IMG/VR virus record: IMGVR_UViG_3300020432_000004
From: a virus
Lineage: Duplodnaviria; Caudoviricetes
Direction: 5' to 3' (one strand)
Length of the DNA stretch: 64,000 nt
Shown here: piece after piece, positions 10,059 through 20,261 of the stretch
How the letters are laid out: each line of letters begins with the position of its first letter
How positions within the stretch are numbered: position 1 is the stretch's first letter
Notes under the pieces: generated by a model
Database searches by the model: none
What the model was told of the DNA's origin: nothing
What the model saw: only the letters and a program-made list of their open reading frames with translations
Translations under genes and position numbers: made by a program

Positions 10059-10711
10059 CTGAAAAATTCTTTATAGAACCTTTGTTCTCTAATTTTATTG
10101 CGTCTGATATATTAGATGTTGATTGTGATAAAATTGTAGAGTATATCAAGACTGTAGAACCAGGTTTACCACTTAACTTAAATGAACCTGCTATACATGA
10201 TGTTATAGATGAAGTTCATAACTCTATTCCTGAGTTTATGAAGATATATGGTTTAGGATTGGAGTCAAGACCAAGAGTTACTACATGTTGGGCAAACAGA
10301 AATAATGCTTCTGAACCTTTAAAACCTCATCTTCATGGCACACATTGGATTAGTGCTGTATTTTATCCAGAGGCAGATGAAGAGTCACCAGACTTAGTAT
10401 TAAAAAATCCAATTACAAATGTGATGGAATATGCAGTTCCATATCAATATCATGAACACGCAACTTTATATAATTCTGGAAGGATAAAAATATCACCTAA
10501 AAAAGGACTTTTAGTATATTTTCCTAGTTGGATAGAACATTGGGTAGATCCAGAGTGTCCTTCTACCAGTAATAGGTATAGTTTAGCGTTTAATATAACG
10601 TTAAATCACATATCTAAAGAGTATATTGAACACATATATCACCCTAACAATCAGTTAGGTGAAATGTTTAGTATAGTTAACAAAGAAAGGGATCGTACCC
10701 CTTATAAATAA
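10055..10711 (+). CDS. 2OG-Fe(II) oxygenase-like (TIGR02466 type)
   Basis: WAN...HLH...SAVFY...FPSWIEH...RYSLAFN. Confidence 0.85.
   Translation: MTEKFFIEPLFSNFIASDILDVDCDKIVEYIKTVEPGLPLNLNEPAIHDVIDEVHNSIPEFMKIYGLGLESRPRVTTCWANRNNASEPLKPHLHGTHWISAVFYPEADEESPDLVLKNPITNVMEYAVPYQYHEHATLYNSGRIKISPKKGLLVYFPSWIEHWVDPECPSTSNRYSLAFNITLNHISKEYIEHIYHPNNQLGEMFSIVNKERDRTPYK
10703..10710 (+). promoter_or_regulatory. T4 late promoter TATAAATA
   Basis: Exact consensus upstream of the structural gene at 10738. Confidence 0.7.
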
Positions 10712-10737
10712 AACCGTAGCCAATAGTGTAATTATTC

Positions 10738-12069
10738 GTGGGAACCAAGAAGATTTCTCAGTTGGAAACGATTTCAGATAGCAATATATCTGGAGAAGCA
10801 ATTCTTCCTATTGTTGTTTCTGATCCGTTGATTCCTAATAGAAAAGCAAAAGTTAATCAATTATTCAGAGGTCTAGCACAAGGTAGCAAAGATGCACCTG
10901 GTCTAGCTTTTGACTTAGACAGAGATAGTGGACTATATCAATCAGCATATAACCAAATAGGTATTGCCTTTGGTGATGGTGGTTTGTATATGACACGTCT
11001 TGATAACGGTAATAGTAGTACATCATTATATGTTACTGCTATTGATGATACTGCAAACAATACTGATATAGTTTTCGCACCGAAAGGAACGGGATCTGTA
11101 AAAGTAACGGGTCAGTTTTTGATGTCTGATGAACAGTTTTTGTTAGAAGATGCTCAAGGTCCCAAAATTAGATTTGAAGCAGGTAATGTAGGAACTGGTA
11201 GTAATACTAGAATTATGACATTACCAGAGATAACAGCAGGTAATGGAACTACTCTTGTAGGTGCAGACACTACACAAACACTGACTAACAAAACTCTTCT
11301 TATTGATGAAGATAACTTTGTTATCATTGATGGTGCAGAGGAAGCAATATTCCAGATTAACTGGCCGACTACATCAGGAACTCGTAGATCTTATTTTCTA
11401 CCAGATGCAGGATCTGTAACAACTACCGCAGAACCTACTGCTACATCATCTACACTATTAGACACAAAGACAGAACAAATTATTCTGTCAAAAACACTAG
11501 TAAGTCCTAAAATCTCAAACTCAGCTGAGACTAGTGCATCAACAGCTCAGTTTAACGCAGGTGCGTTAACAGCAGATAGGACAATTACACTACCAGACCA
11601 AAGTTTAGAATTAGTTGGAACTGAAGCATCTCAGACTCTTAAGAACAAGATTCATGAAGATATAATTATTGCAGATTCAACTGATAATACTAGAAGGGTT
11701 ACATTCTTTCTTGATAACTTAAACACTCTGACTAATGCTCAGATGAAGTTCCCATCTACATCACTACTAAATACTGGTGCGGGTAACCCATTATTCAGTA
11801 CTATTGTTACTGAATTTGCTACACAGGTCATACAAAATAAGACCTATTATCGTCCAGTCTTAAAAGACGAAGCAACCGCTACAGGAACTGTTACTTTCAG
11901 AACTGATAACATCACTGCTGCAAGAACAATTAAATTCCCTGATGCTGATGCTACACTTCTTTCAACTGAGAACGTTACCTTAGACGACGTTGCATTTGGT
12001 GCAGGTTTAGCAGCATCACATTTAACTGGTCGAACAAGATTACAACAATACTTCTACGCAGGATTCTAA
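10738..12069 (+). CDS. Virion structural/tail fibre-like protein
   Basis: KKISQL N-terminus; repeated RTITLPD...TLV...QTL.NK fibre repeats. Confidence 0.7.
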   Translation: MGTKKISQLETISDSNISGEAILPIVVSDPLIPNRKAKVNQLFRGLAQGSKDAPGLAFDLDRDSGLYQSAYNQIGIAFGDGGLYMTRLDNGNSSTSLYVTAIDDTANNTDIVFAPKGTGSVKVTGQFLMSDEQFLLEDAQGPKIRFEAGNVGTGSNTRIMTLPEITAGNGTTLVGADTTQTLTNKTLLIDEDNFVIIDGAEEAIFQINWPTTSGTRRSYFLPDAGSVTTTAEPTATSSTLLDTKTEQIILSKTLVSPKISNSAETSASTAQFNAGALTADRTITLPDQSLELVGTEASQTLKNKIHEDIIIADSTDNTRRVTFFLDNLNTLTNAQMKFPSTSLLNTGAGNPLFSTIVTEFATQVIQNKTYYRPVLKDEATATGTVTFRTDNITAARTIKFPDADATLLSTENVTLDDVAFGAGLAASHLTGRTRLQQYFYAGF

Positions 12070-12075
12070 TTAACA

Positions 12076-13575
12076 ATGGCAACTCAAGGACTACTTGCAC
12101 AACTTAAACCGACAGCTAACACGGATACAATTCTTTATGAAGGTCCTGTTGACAGTTCTGCAAGCACTCAATTAACAATAGCAAATGATGGTACTGGTTC
12201 AGCATATGATGTTGCCATTAAAGACTATTGTCAAAAAGTAACTTTAGATGCATCGACATATAAGTTACATAAAGGTGACATACTCACTCATTATCAAGTC
12301 GATTTAAACGTAGCATCACCATTATCGGTAACTGCTAATATTGCAGCAGGGACTCAGTTTATTTCAGCAGATAAAGAAAAGCATTTAAAGTTTGAATCAT
12401 ATCTAGTTCCTTCCTTAACTACAATATTTGTAAAGGTATTTTCAATTAGACAGGTAACACTTGAATCTACAGCAGGTGGATTTGCTGTTGGTGATACTAT
12501 TACTAAAGGAACAGCACCTAATGCTACAACTGCTACTGTTTATGACGTATTTGATGATGTTGGAAACAACTTGATGATTCTTCAAATAGGTCCATCAACT
12601 ATAAATGGAACAGGAACTGAATTTGCAGACGGTGATTCAGTATCAGTAGGAACTAACGGTGCAGGTACAGTCTCAACTGGTGGTGTAGGAACTGCTAATA
12701 ATGAATTTGTATTTTCTACTACAACTGCAGGTGGAATTTATAAGATGTATGTCAATGAAGCAATAGAGGTATTTACTGATAGAACTTATAGATTTGATGT
12801 TGGTGACACTACTATGAGTGGTAGAGATTTTAAATTATCAGTTGAGGCAAACGGAGAATGGGGACCTGATGGAACTGCAGGAAACATAGATGATGGAACT
12901 GAATATACCACTGGTAAAACTACTAGTGGTAGTGCAGGTGATGGTGCTAATGGATATGTTCAATATGATTTTTCTGCCAACTCAAACGCAACTGCAGCAT
13001 ACTATTATTATGATGGTGGCACAGGAACTGCATCTAACTCCAACTATGGTGGTTCAGACAGAGTTTTACAGACTAGCACAAACTTTACCTATAACGGTTT
13101 TTGGGCATATGATGTTCATGGAACATGGACAGCTACTGATACATTCACTGTTGGTGGATCTACTTATACTATAGCTGGCACAACACCTGGTGCTTATGGT
13201 TATGTTCGTGATTACACTGGATCAGTTCTTAAGTTTATAAAAGGTGTAGGATCACCTGATATTACAACTTCTGATACATTCTATGATGTACCAGCTCTTG
13301 CAGGTGGTGCTCGTTCAATCATGAGTGTCAACTCTATTGATGTTGCATCAAATGCAGTTGAAGCATCACATTATATTACTCAAGGTACTACTAATGGTAA
13401 TAATGAAGTAGATAGGATCACTTCATTAGTCATAGGACCTGGTGAGACAGTTGTTGTTAAATCAGTGACTGCTAATAATGTATTTAATTTGATAGGATTC
13501 GAGGATTCAACAACCAGTTTCCCAACTCAAACTTACACTGCTGACTCTGAAGGTGGCGGTGGCGGTGCACCATAA
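12076..13575 (+). CDS. Virion structural protein
   Basis: 499 aa, Thr/Gly-rich beta protein in the structural operon. Confidence 0.65.
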   Translation: MATQGLLAQLKPTANTDTILYEGPVDSSASTQLTIANDGTGSAYDVAIKDYCQKVTLDASTYKLHKGDILTHYQVDLNVASPLSVTANIAAGTQFISADKEKHLKFESYLVPSLTTIFVKVFSIRQVTLESTAGGFAVGDTITKGTAPNATTATVYDVFDDVGNNLMILQIGPSTINGTGTEFADGDSVSVGTNGAGTVSTGGVGTANNEFVFSTTTAGGIYKMYVNEAIEVFTDRTYRFDVGDTTMSGRDFKLSVEANGEWGPDGTAGNIDDGTEYTTGKTTSGSAGDGANGYVQYDFSANSNATAAYYYYDGGTGTASNSNYGGSDRVLQTSTNFTYNGFWAYDVHGTWTATDTFTVGGSTYTIAGTTPGAYGYVRDYTGSVLKFIKGVGSPDITTSDTFYDVPALAGGARSIMSVNSIDVASNAVEASHYITQGTTNGNNEVDRITSLVIGPGETVVVKSVTANNVFNLIGFEDSTTSFPTQTYTADSEGGGGGAP

Positions 13576-13601
13576 TAAATAACTAAAAGGCGAATAGTTA
13601 A

Positions 13602-16600
13602 ATGTCCCTAACGAGATTAAAGAATATTATTACGTCCAGAACTGGACGTATAATCTACGTAAACCCTGACGATTTTGACGCATCTGATGCTATTGATAAT
13701 AGGGGTAATTCAGCGTTGCGTCCTTTCAAATCACTACAAAGGGCATTTTTAGAGGTAGCAAGATTTTCATATAGAGTTGGTCTTAGTAATGACGAGTTTG
13801 ATGCTTTTAGTATCATGCTATATCCTGCTGAGTATGTGATTGATAATAGACCAGGCGAAGTATTATATACTAACGTTGCACCTATTGATGAGAACTCAAA
13901 CCTAGATTTAACTTCACCTAATAACGTTCTTTATAAATTTAATTCCACTGAAGGTGGTATTATAGTTCCCAGAGGTTGTTCTGTTGTTGGAACTGACCTT
14001 CGTCGTACAAAAATTATTCCAAAATATGTTCCATACCCTACTATCTACGCTGCAAAAGGTATTAACACCGAAGATCAAATCCCCCCAAGAACTGCAATCT
14101 TCAAAGTTACTGGTGGTACTTATTTCTGGCAATTCTCTTTCTTCGACGGTGCTGAAGAGGGTGTATACTTCAAACCTGATTCCACTGAAACACTAGCACC
14201 TAAGTTTTCACATCACAGACTTACATGTTTTGAGTTTGCTGATGGTCTTAATACTTTATCAAGTCTTATATCTAATGGAACTGTTCCTAATGCTGACTAT
14301 TCAGCTGTTCCTAACATCTTAGAAAGAACAGACTTAGACATATACTATCAAAAAGTATCAAAAGCATTCGCAACAATTCCCGATACATCAGGTGACCCAA
14401 GTGCAGACCAAATACAGGCAAGAGTTGAGGAAAACAGAATCGTTGGTCCTATTTCTGATGAATATAGGGTATTACAGATTACAAGAAATGGTAACACTGC
14501 AACTGCTGTTACTGTTGACGAGTTTGATAACCCAAGAAATCACGGATTCTCTGTTGGTGTAAACATTAACGTTAGTGGTGTAACTGGTTCAACAGGTCCT
14601 CAGTCAGAAGTTGACGCAAGTTTATATAATGGATCATTTACTGTTACATCTGCATCTGGAAACGTATTTACGTATCAGATGTCAAGTGAACCAACTGGTA
14701 ACGCAGTAGGTACAAACATTGGAGTTAAGACTGAGATTGATACAGTTGACTCTGCATCTCCATACGCATTTAACCTATCACTAAGATCAGTGTGGGGTAT
14801 GAACGGTATGCATGCAAACGGTGCTAAAGCAACTGGTTTCAAATCAATGGTTGTGGCACAGTTTACTGGACTGTCACTACAAAAAGACGATAGAGCATTT
14901 GTAAGATATAATAGTTCGACTGGTAATTATGATGTAGCAACAGCAGGTGATGGTGCACACTTAGATGGATATGCTGAGTACAGAAAAGGATGGGGACATA
15001 GACATATTGTTGCATCAGATGACGCATTTATACAGGCGGTTTCTGTGTTCGCTGTGGGATACTTTGCACACTTTACATGTGAGCGTGGTGCTGACATGTC
15101 AATTACTAACAGTAACAGTAACTTTGGTAATACAGCATTAAGAGCAGCAGGATTTAAGAAGAAATCATTCTCTAAAGATAAGTCAGGTGCATTAACACAT
15201 GTTATACCACCTAAAGCACTGAATGTTATTTCTACAACTGCAACTGGTAGTAATGGTTCTAATACTATTACACTAGCTAATGATGGTAGTGTTAATGGTA
15301 TTATTGAGGGTATGCTCGTTTCTGGAACGGGAATTGGAGAAGGTGCATTAGTTGGTGCTGTTAATACTAATACTAGAGTTATCACACTTGATACTGTCAA
15401 TACAGCAGACTTAGCAAACCAAAACGTTATATTTGGAGAAGAGACATCAGTTAACTGGGTTAACATTGATATTCCAAGAACAAAAGCAATTAACTCTTCA
15501 CTAGCAGGACAAGGTGGAACGCCAGGTACTAGACTATACTTGTATGGTTATACTGTTGAACAATCACCACCAACAACAAGAGTTCAAGGATATACAATCG
15601 GTGCTAGACAAGATGGAACTGGTAATACAGCAGTAGCAGATAAAATTAACTGTTTACTTGTAGCATCAGGAGCAACAGAAGCAAGTGTTCATTATGCATC
15701 TATATCACCTTATGGACCTAATGTTTCTGGTGTATCAGCAGGAGAAGCTGGATCACCGATCCAGTATGATGCAAACTTATATACTATTAATGGTGTAGCA
15801 GGTCAACCAGGTGGTTGGTATCTATCTGTTAACTCAGTAAATAATACCATTTACACTACATTATCAGTTAACACGATCTATAATACTGTTAACTTTACAC
15901 CAACTACATTCTTAAAGAGGATCCCTGATCCAAGAAACCTTGCTGACAGAACATATCGTGTAAGATATGTAATTGATAAGGATAAGACTAATCCATTACC
16001 TAGAGACCCTATCTCTGGTTATGTTATGCAACCATTGAATAGTGACACAACATCATATAAGTTAGACAAATGTTTCTATCTTTATGATATTAATGTTATT
16101 CAAGAATTTGAAAGAGGTGTTGCAGATGGTATCTATTATCTGACTCTCTTGTGTGCATCTATCGCACCAAGTACATCTAACTTTAATGATAGATTCTTCT
16201 CTCAAAACGTTAATGAAGTTTATCCTACATTTGACAGAGATAATCCACTTGCAGACCCAGATGCTGCTGTATCCATTGCTGATAACGTTACTATTGGATT
16301 AGTTAATGCTACAGATGGAGCAACTCCACCAAATATGGATCCTCAAAGATCTATTACTAAAGAATGCACAGAGTTCTTACTTACAGATACAGGTTGGACA
16401 CAACCAGGTACTACACCTAACTATGACTCAGTTAACAAGAGACTATCTAATATTGAGTTAACTGCACGTGCAGGTGATGAAGAAACTCGAAAGATTAATA
16501 TAAGGGAGAATAATGATGGAACAGTCGCACCAATCAACGTTGAGTTTAGACGACACTCAATCCTTAGATCAGGTAACCATACGTTTGAATACCTCGGTTT

Positions 16601-17579
16601 CGGTCCAGGTAACTACTCCACAGCATTCCCTCAGACACAGGTCGAGACTCTTACACAGAACCAAGTTAGATTCTCACAGTCAATTAAGGAAGAAGGAGGA
16701 GTCAGTTTCTACTCTGGTCTTAACTCCAACGGTGACCTATTCATCGGTAACCAAGTTATCAACCCAGTTACAGGTCAGATAACTAATGAAGATATTGCAC
16801 AGTTAAACGTTATTGGTGAAGAGAACACAACTATTGAAACGTTCTCTGAATTGGTGTTAACTGATAAACTAACAGTTATTGGTGGTGCATCAAACCAGTT
16901 AGAATCTATCTTTGCAGGTCCTGTTACCTTCCAGAAACAAGTAACATCACAGGATAATATTTCATCAAGAAAACTATCATACTATAACCAAGATGGTACT
17001 GTTATTAAACAGACACTACTTGCACCAGAAAATCAAGCAGGAAATGCACCTGATTTATCTGCTATTACAAACTATAATACACCTGCAGATGGTGACTTAG
17101 TTTATAATATCAACTGGAATCCTGGTAAATCACTTGGTTGGATCTACTTTAATCAAGGATGGAAAGAGTTTGGTCTTACAAATACAAAAGATATTAATAT
17201 AGAGGAATATAGTGGTAACACTGTTCTTGGTTTAGGAACTGCACCTAACCAATACTATAGAGTCAAAGCACTTGGTAATATATTAATTGATGGTGACTTA
17301 GTTGTTACTGGTAACGGTGGTGTTGGTTCTGATAAGTATATTACCAGAACATATACTGGTGATGGTGTTACATTAACATTCGCACTGACAGTTTACACAC
17401 CAGGTCCTAATGGTCCTATTCAGCACAGTGCTAGCTCAGTACTTGTATACTTAAATGGTGTAGCACAAATTGGTGGCACTAATTATACAGTTGATAGTAA
17501 TGGTGCTAACGTTGTATTTGGATCAGGGGATGCACCTTTAGCGACTGATACAGTTCATATTGTTGAATTACCTATCTAA
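13602..17579 (+). CDS. Large virion structural/tail fibre-like protein
   Basis: 1325 aa; IIYVNPDDFDASD...RPFKSLQRA N-terminus typical of cyanomyophage structural proteins; ATAAATA at about 13575. Confidence 0.75.
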   Translation: MSLTRLKNIITSRTGRIIYVNPDDFDASDAIDNRGNSALRPFKSLQRAFLEVARFSYRVGLSNDEFDAFSIMLYPAEYVIDNRPGEVLYTNVAPIDENSNLDLTSPNNVLYKFNSTEGGIIVPRGCSVVGTDLRRTKIIPKYVPYPTIYAAKGINTEDQIPPRTAIFKVTGGTYFWQFSFFDGAEEGVYFKPDSTETLAPKFSHHRLTCFEFADGLNTLSSLISNGTVPNADYSAVPNILERTDLDIYYQKVSKAFATIPDTSGDPSADQIQARVEENRIVGPISDEYRVLQITRNGNTATAVTVDEFDNPRNHGFSVGVNINVSGVTGSTGPQSEVDASLYNGSFTVTSASGNVFTYQMSSEPTGNAVGTNIGVKTEIDTVDSASPYAFNLSLRSVWGMNGMHANGAKATGFKSMVVAQFTGLSLQKDDRAFVRYNSSTGNYDVATAGDGAHLDGYAEYRKGWGHRHIVASDDAFIQAVSVFAVGYFAHFTCERGADMSITNSNSNFGNTALRAAGFKKKSFSKDKSGALTHVIPPKALNVISTTATGSNGSNTITLANDGSVNGIIEGMLVSGTGIGEGALVGAVNTNTRVITLDTVNTADLANQNVIFGEETSVNWVNIDIPRTKAINSSLAGQGGTPGTRLYLYGYTVEQSPPTTRVQGYTIGARQDGTGNTAVADKINCLLVASGATEASVHYASISPYGPNVSGVSAGEAGSPIQYDANLYTINGVAGQPGGWYLSVNSVNNTIYTTLSVNTIYNTVNFTPTTFLKRIPDPRNLADRTYRVRYVIDKDKTNPLPRDPISGYVMQPLNSDTTSYKLDKCFYLYDINVIQEFERGVADGIYYLTLLCASIAPSTSNFNDRFFSQNVNEVYPTFDRDNPLADPDAAVSIADNVTIGLVNATDGATPPNMDPQRSITKECTEFLLTDTGWTQPGTTPNYDSVNKRLSNIELTARAGDEETRKINIRENNDGTVAPINVEFRRHSILRSGNHTFEYLGFGPGNYSTAFPQTQVETLTQNQVRFSQSIKEEGGVSFYSGLNSNGDLFIGNQVINPVTGQITNEDIAQLNVIGEENTTIETFSELVLTDKLTVIGGASNQLESIFAGPVTFQKQVTSQDNISSRKLSYYNQDGTVIKQTLLAPENQAGNAPDLSAITNYNTPADGDLVYNINWNPGKSLGWIYFNQGWKEFGLTNTKDINIEEYSGNTVLGLGTAPNQYYRVKALGNILIDGDLVVTGNGGVGSDKYITRTYTGDGVTLTFALTVYTPGPNGPIQHSASSVLVYLNGVAQIGGTNYTVDSNGANVVFGSGDAPLATDTVHIVELPI

Positions 17580-17608
17580 ATAAATAACAGGGGTTGGAGT
17601 TGTAACCT

Positions 17609-18043
17609 ATGGCAATCACACGGATTAGCGGAAACCAAATAGCAGATACTACAGAGGCAGTTATTACTACTCTTAGTTTTCTGAATACTAATAGTGTATT
17701 TCGTTTACCAACTGGAACTGAAGCACAGAGACCGTCAGGTGTCTCTATCGGAACTATGCGTTTTAATACTACTGCTGATAGTGCAGAAGTATATGCAAAT
17801 GACGATGGATCTGGAAATGCAGGATGGATCGAAGTTGGTGCGGGTGGTGCTGTTGTAGGTGATAAAGGACAGATCAGATGTAATAATGATACGATTGAAG
17901 AGAATTTAGATCTTGATCCTACGATAGGTAATGAATTTAAGATTGGTTATATGGCAGGTGATGTCACAGTGGGTAATGGTTATACCCTAACCATTGGTTC
18001 TGGGGCTACCCTATATATGATAGGTTCTGATCCTTACACCTAA
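17609..18043 (+). CDS. Tail fibre-associated small protein
   Basis: LPTGTEAQRP...GTMRFNT fibre motif. Confidence 0.65.
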   Translation: MAITRISGNQIADTTEAVITTLSFLNTNSVFRLPTGTEAQRPSGVSIGTMRFNTTADSAEVYANDDGSGNAGWIEVGAGGAVVGDKGQIRCNNDTIEENLDLDPTIGNEFKIGYMAGDVTVGNGYTLTIGSGATLYMIGSDPYT

Positions 18044-18067
18044 ATAGTTTTATAAATCGGATAGAAA

Positions 18068-18871
18068 ATGAGTACACTACGAGTTGCTGCTATTAAAGAT
18101 TTGACAGGGAATACTGGTTTCGTTCTGTCAGCCACTACAGTGCAGACCAATAATACATTGGTGATACCAGGAACCCTACAGATTGATGGTTCTATCACAG
18201 GATCAACAAATAGTATTTTGCCCTCACACTCAGGTCAAAGTGGTAAGATGTTATATACCAATGGGACAAGTCCTTATTGGGATAACCCACCATCTGCAGA
18301 TAATATCTCAAGTATGAGTGTATTTACATCATCAGGTACATGGAATAGACCTGCGGATGTTAAGTATATTAAAGTTCAAGTTATCGGTGGCGGTGGAGCT
18401 GGTGGTGGACATGGAGAAGGTGGAGGAGCAGGTGGATATTCAGAGGAAGTTATTAACGTAGAAAGTATAAGTTCAGTATATTGCACAGTATCAGGAGAAT
18501 CAAACGGAACATATTATAGAGGTGGAGCAGGTAATGGAGGTTCATCTTCATTCGGTTCTTACCTATCAGCATCAGGTGGATATGGTGCTAATAGAAATCA
18601 CCAACATTGCGGTGGTTTAGGAGGAGTAGGTTCTGGAGGAAACTTAAACATCTATGGTGGTGGAGGAGACTCTCATCATGGTCGTTCATCAGTTGGTGGT
18701 GGAGGATTCTGGGGTGGTGCTGTAGCAGGTGGACATCCTCAAGGTGGAAACTTCAGTCATAATCACCAGTCACACTCAGCACCTGGCTCAGGTGGTAGTG
18801 GTGGTTACTTTAACTCACACAGAGGGTCTAATGGTAGACCTGGCATGATCGTTATTACACACTTTAAATAA
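18068..18871 (+). CDS. Gly-rich tail fibre tip/adhesin-like protein, paralogue 1
   Basis: VFTSSGTW.RP...VQVIGGGGAGG...GGGAGGY Gly-rich domain with His-rich loops. Confidence 0.7.
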   Translation: MSTLRVAAIKDLTGNTGFVLSATTVQTNNTLVIPGTLQIDGSITGSTNSILPSHSGQSGKMLYTNGTSPYWDNPPSADNISSMSVFTSSGTWNRPADVKYIKVQVIGGGGAGGGHGEGGGAGGYSEEVINVESISSVYCTVSGESNGTYYRGGAGNGGSSSFGSYLSASGGYGANRNHQHCGGLGGVGSGGNLNIYGGGGDSHHGRSSVGGGGFWGGAVAGGHPQGGNFSHNHQSHSAPGSGGSGGYFNSHRGSNGRPGMIVITHFK

Positions 18872-19705
18872 ATGAGTAGTTTAAAAGTACTAAACATATA
18901 TGATGTCTCAGGAAACTGTGGTCTAACTAGAAGTGGTTCTCAATGGACTATTACTAGAAATGATGGTGGTGACAGGAAATTAACTGTCAGTACTTTACAA
19001 ATAGATGGTAGTGTTACTGGTAATCAAACAGCAAGATTCCTACCGTCACAGTCTGGTAATGCAGGTAAGGTTTTAAAATCTAATGGAAGTTCTCCTTATT
19101 GGGAAACATTCTTAGGACCTCAAGGTAACTTAACCAGTATGAGTGTGTTCACATCAGGTGGCACATGGTCACGTCCATCAGGAGTTCGTTATGCTCACGT
19201 CCAAGTTATTGGAGGTGGAGGAGGTGGCGGTGGTCACGGTGAAGGTGGAGGAGCAGGTGGGTACTCCGAAGAAATTATTAATGTAGAAGGTGTGTCAACA
19301 GTATCAGTAAGCGTATCAGGAGAAGCAGGTGGAACATATTATCGAGGAGGTGCTGGAAATGGGGGATCCAGTTCGTTCGGAAGTTATCTCTCAGCTTCTG
19401 GTGGTTATGGTGCCAACAGAAATCACCAACACAATGGTGGTCTTGGAGGCATTGGATCGGGGGGTAATCTGAATATCTATGGTGGTGGTGGAGACCAACA
19501 TCATGATGGTGGATCATCAAATGCTAACTCTGGAAGAGGATTCTGGGGTGCTTGTGTAGCAGGTGGTCACCCTCAAGGAGGAAACTTCAGTCATAACCAT
19601 CAAAGTCATTCACCACCAGGTTCGGGTGGAAATGGTGGATACTTCAACGGTCATAGGGGTTCTAATGGAAGACCTGGCTTAGTTGTTGTAACTCATTACT
19701 TATAA
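18872..19705 (+). CDS. Gly-rich tail fibre tip/adhesin-like protein, paralogue 2
   Basis: C-terminal ~185 aa very similar to those of 18068..18871. Confidence 0.7.
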   Translation: MSSLKVLNIYDVSGNCGLTRSGSQWTITRNDGGDRKLTVSTLQIDGSVTGNQTARFLPSQSGNAGKVLKSNGSSPYWETFLGPQGNLTSMSVFTSGGTWSRPSGVRYAHVQVIGGGGGGGGHGEGGGAGGYSEEIINVEGVSTVSVSVSGEAGGTYYRGGAGNGGSSSFGSYLSASGGYGANRNHQHNGGLGGIGSGGNLNIYGGGGDQHHDGGSSNANSGRGFWGACVAGGHPQGGNFSHNHQSHSPPGSGGNGGYFNGHRGSNGRPGLVVVTHYL

Positions 19706-19708
19706 ATA
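19701..19708 (+). promoter_or_regulatory. T4 late promoter TATAAATA
   Basis: Exact consensus, followed by a GAGG RBS and ATG 19732. Confidence 0.7.
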
Positions 19709-19731
19709 ACAACGAGGTATTATTCAGACAA

Positions 19732-20232
19732 ATGAAAAAAGTTTTAGTATCTATTGAAGGAAGAGCAATGCAGATTGTTGATCCTGGTCAAGAGTTTGAA
19801 ATTTACAATGGTCCAGATGCTAAGTTTGTCTGGGTTGATGTAGATAACGATAACATAACTCTAGATTGGACTCTAGAGTGGTCACCTGCCCAAGGTAAAA
19901 TGATATGGATTGAGAGAAGTGGAAGTTATACTGATCCAGGTATGGCAAGGCAGGTTGCGTATGGAGAGGTGGGCGAACAATTAGACATGCTCTATCGAGA
20001 CATTGCAGCAGGTAAAAGTTTAGATGCAAGTGATGCAGAGTGGTATCAGCATATTAAGAATATCAAATCCACTTATGTTAAACCAGTTGCTAAATCAGTA
20101 CCAGCAACACCAACAGAATTAAAATCTTATTCGGAAACAGAAGAACCAGGTGCAGACAAGTTCCCTAAAATGTCTTATGCAGAGTTACCTGCATGGAAGA
20201 GATATGAAGGGTGGACAGATCCAAATGCATAG
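19732..20232 (+). CDS. Tail fibre assembly/chaperone-like protein
   Basis: RQVAY...EQLDMLYRD...W..HIK.IKS.Y.K motif, commonly found after marine phage fibre genes. Confidence 0.5.
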   Translation: MKKVLVSIEGRAMQIVDPGQEFEIYNGPDAKFVWVDVDNDNITLDWTLEWSPAQGKMIWIERSGSYTDPGMARQVAYGEVGEQLDMLYRDIAAGKSLDASDAEWYQHIKNIKSTYVKPVAKSVPATPTELKSYSETEEPGADKFPKMSYAELPAWKRYEGWTDPNA

Positions 20233-20240
20233 TGTATAAT
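20212..20240 (+). promoter_or_regulatory. Sigma70-like promoter of the halogenase/oxygenase operon
   Basis: TGGACA-17 bp-TATAAT upstream of ATG 20262. Confidence 0.6.
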
Positions 20241-20261
20241 ATATACTAGTAAAGTTATATT

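Noticed and set aside
18068-19705. Diversity-generating retroelement TR/VR pair
   Set aside because: Both copies are intact genes, the differences are largely synonymous and not adenine-specific, and there is no reverse transcriptase in the window
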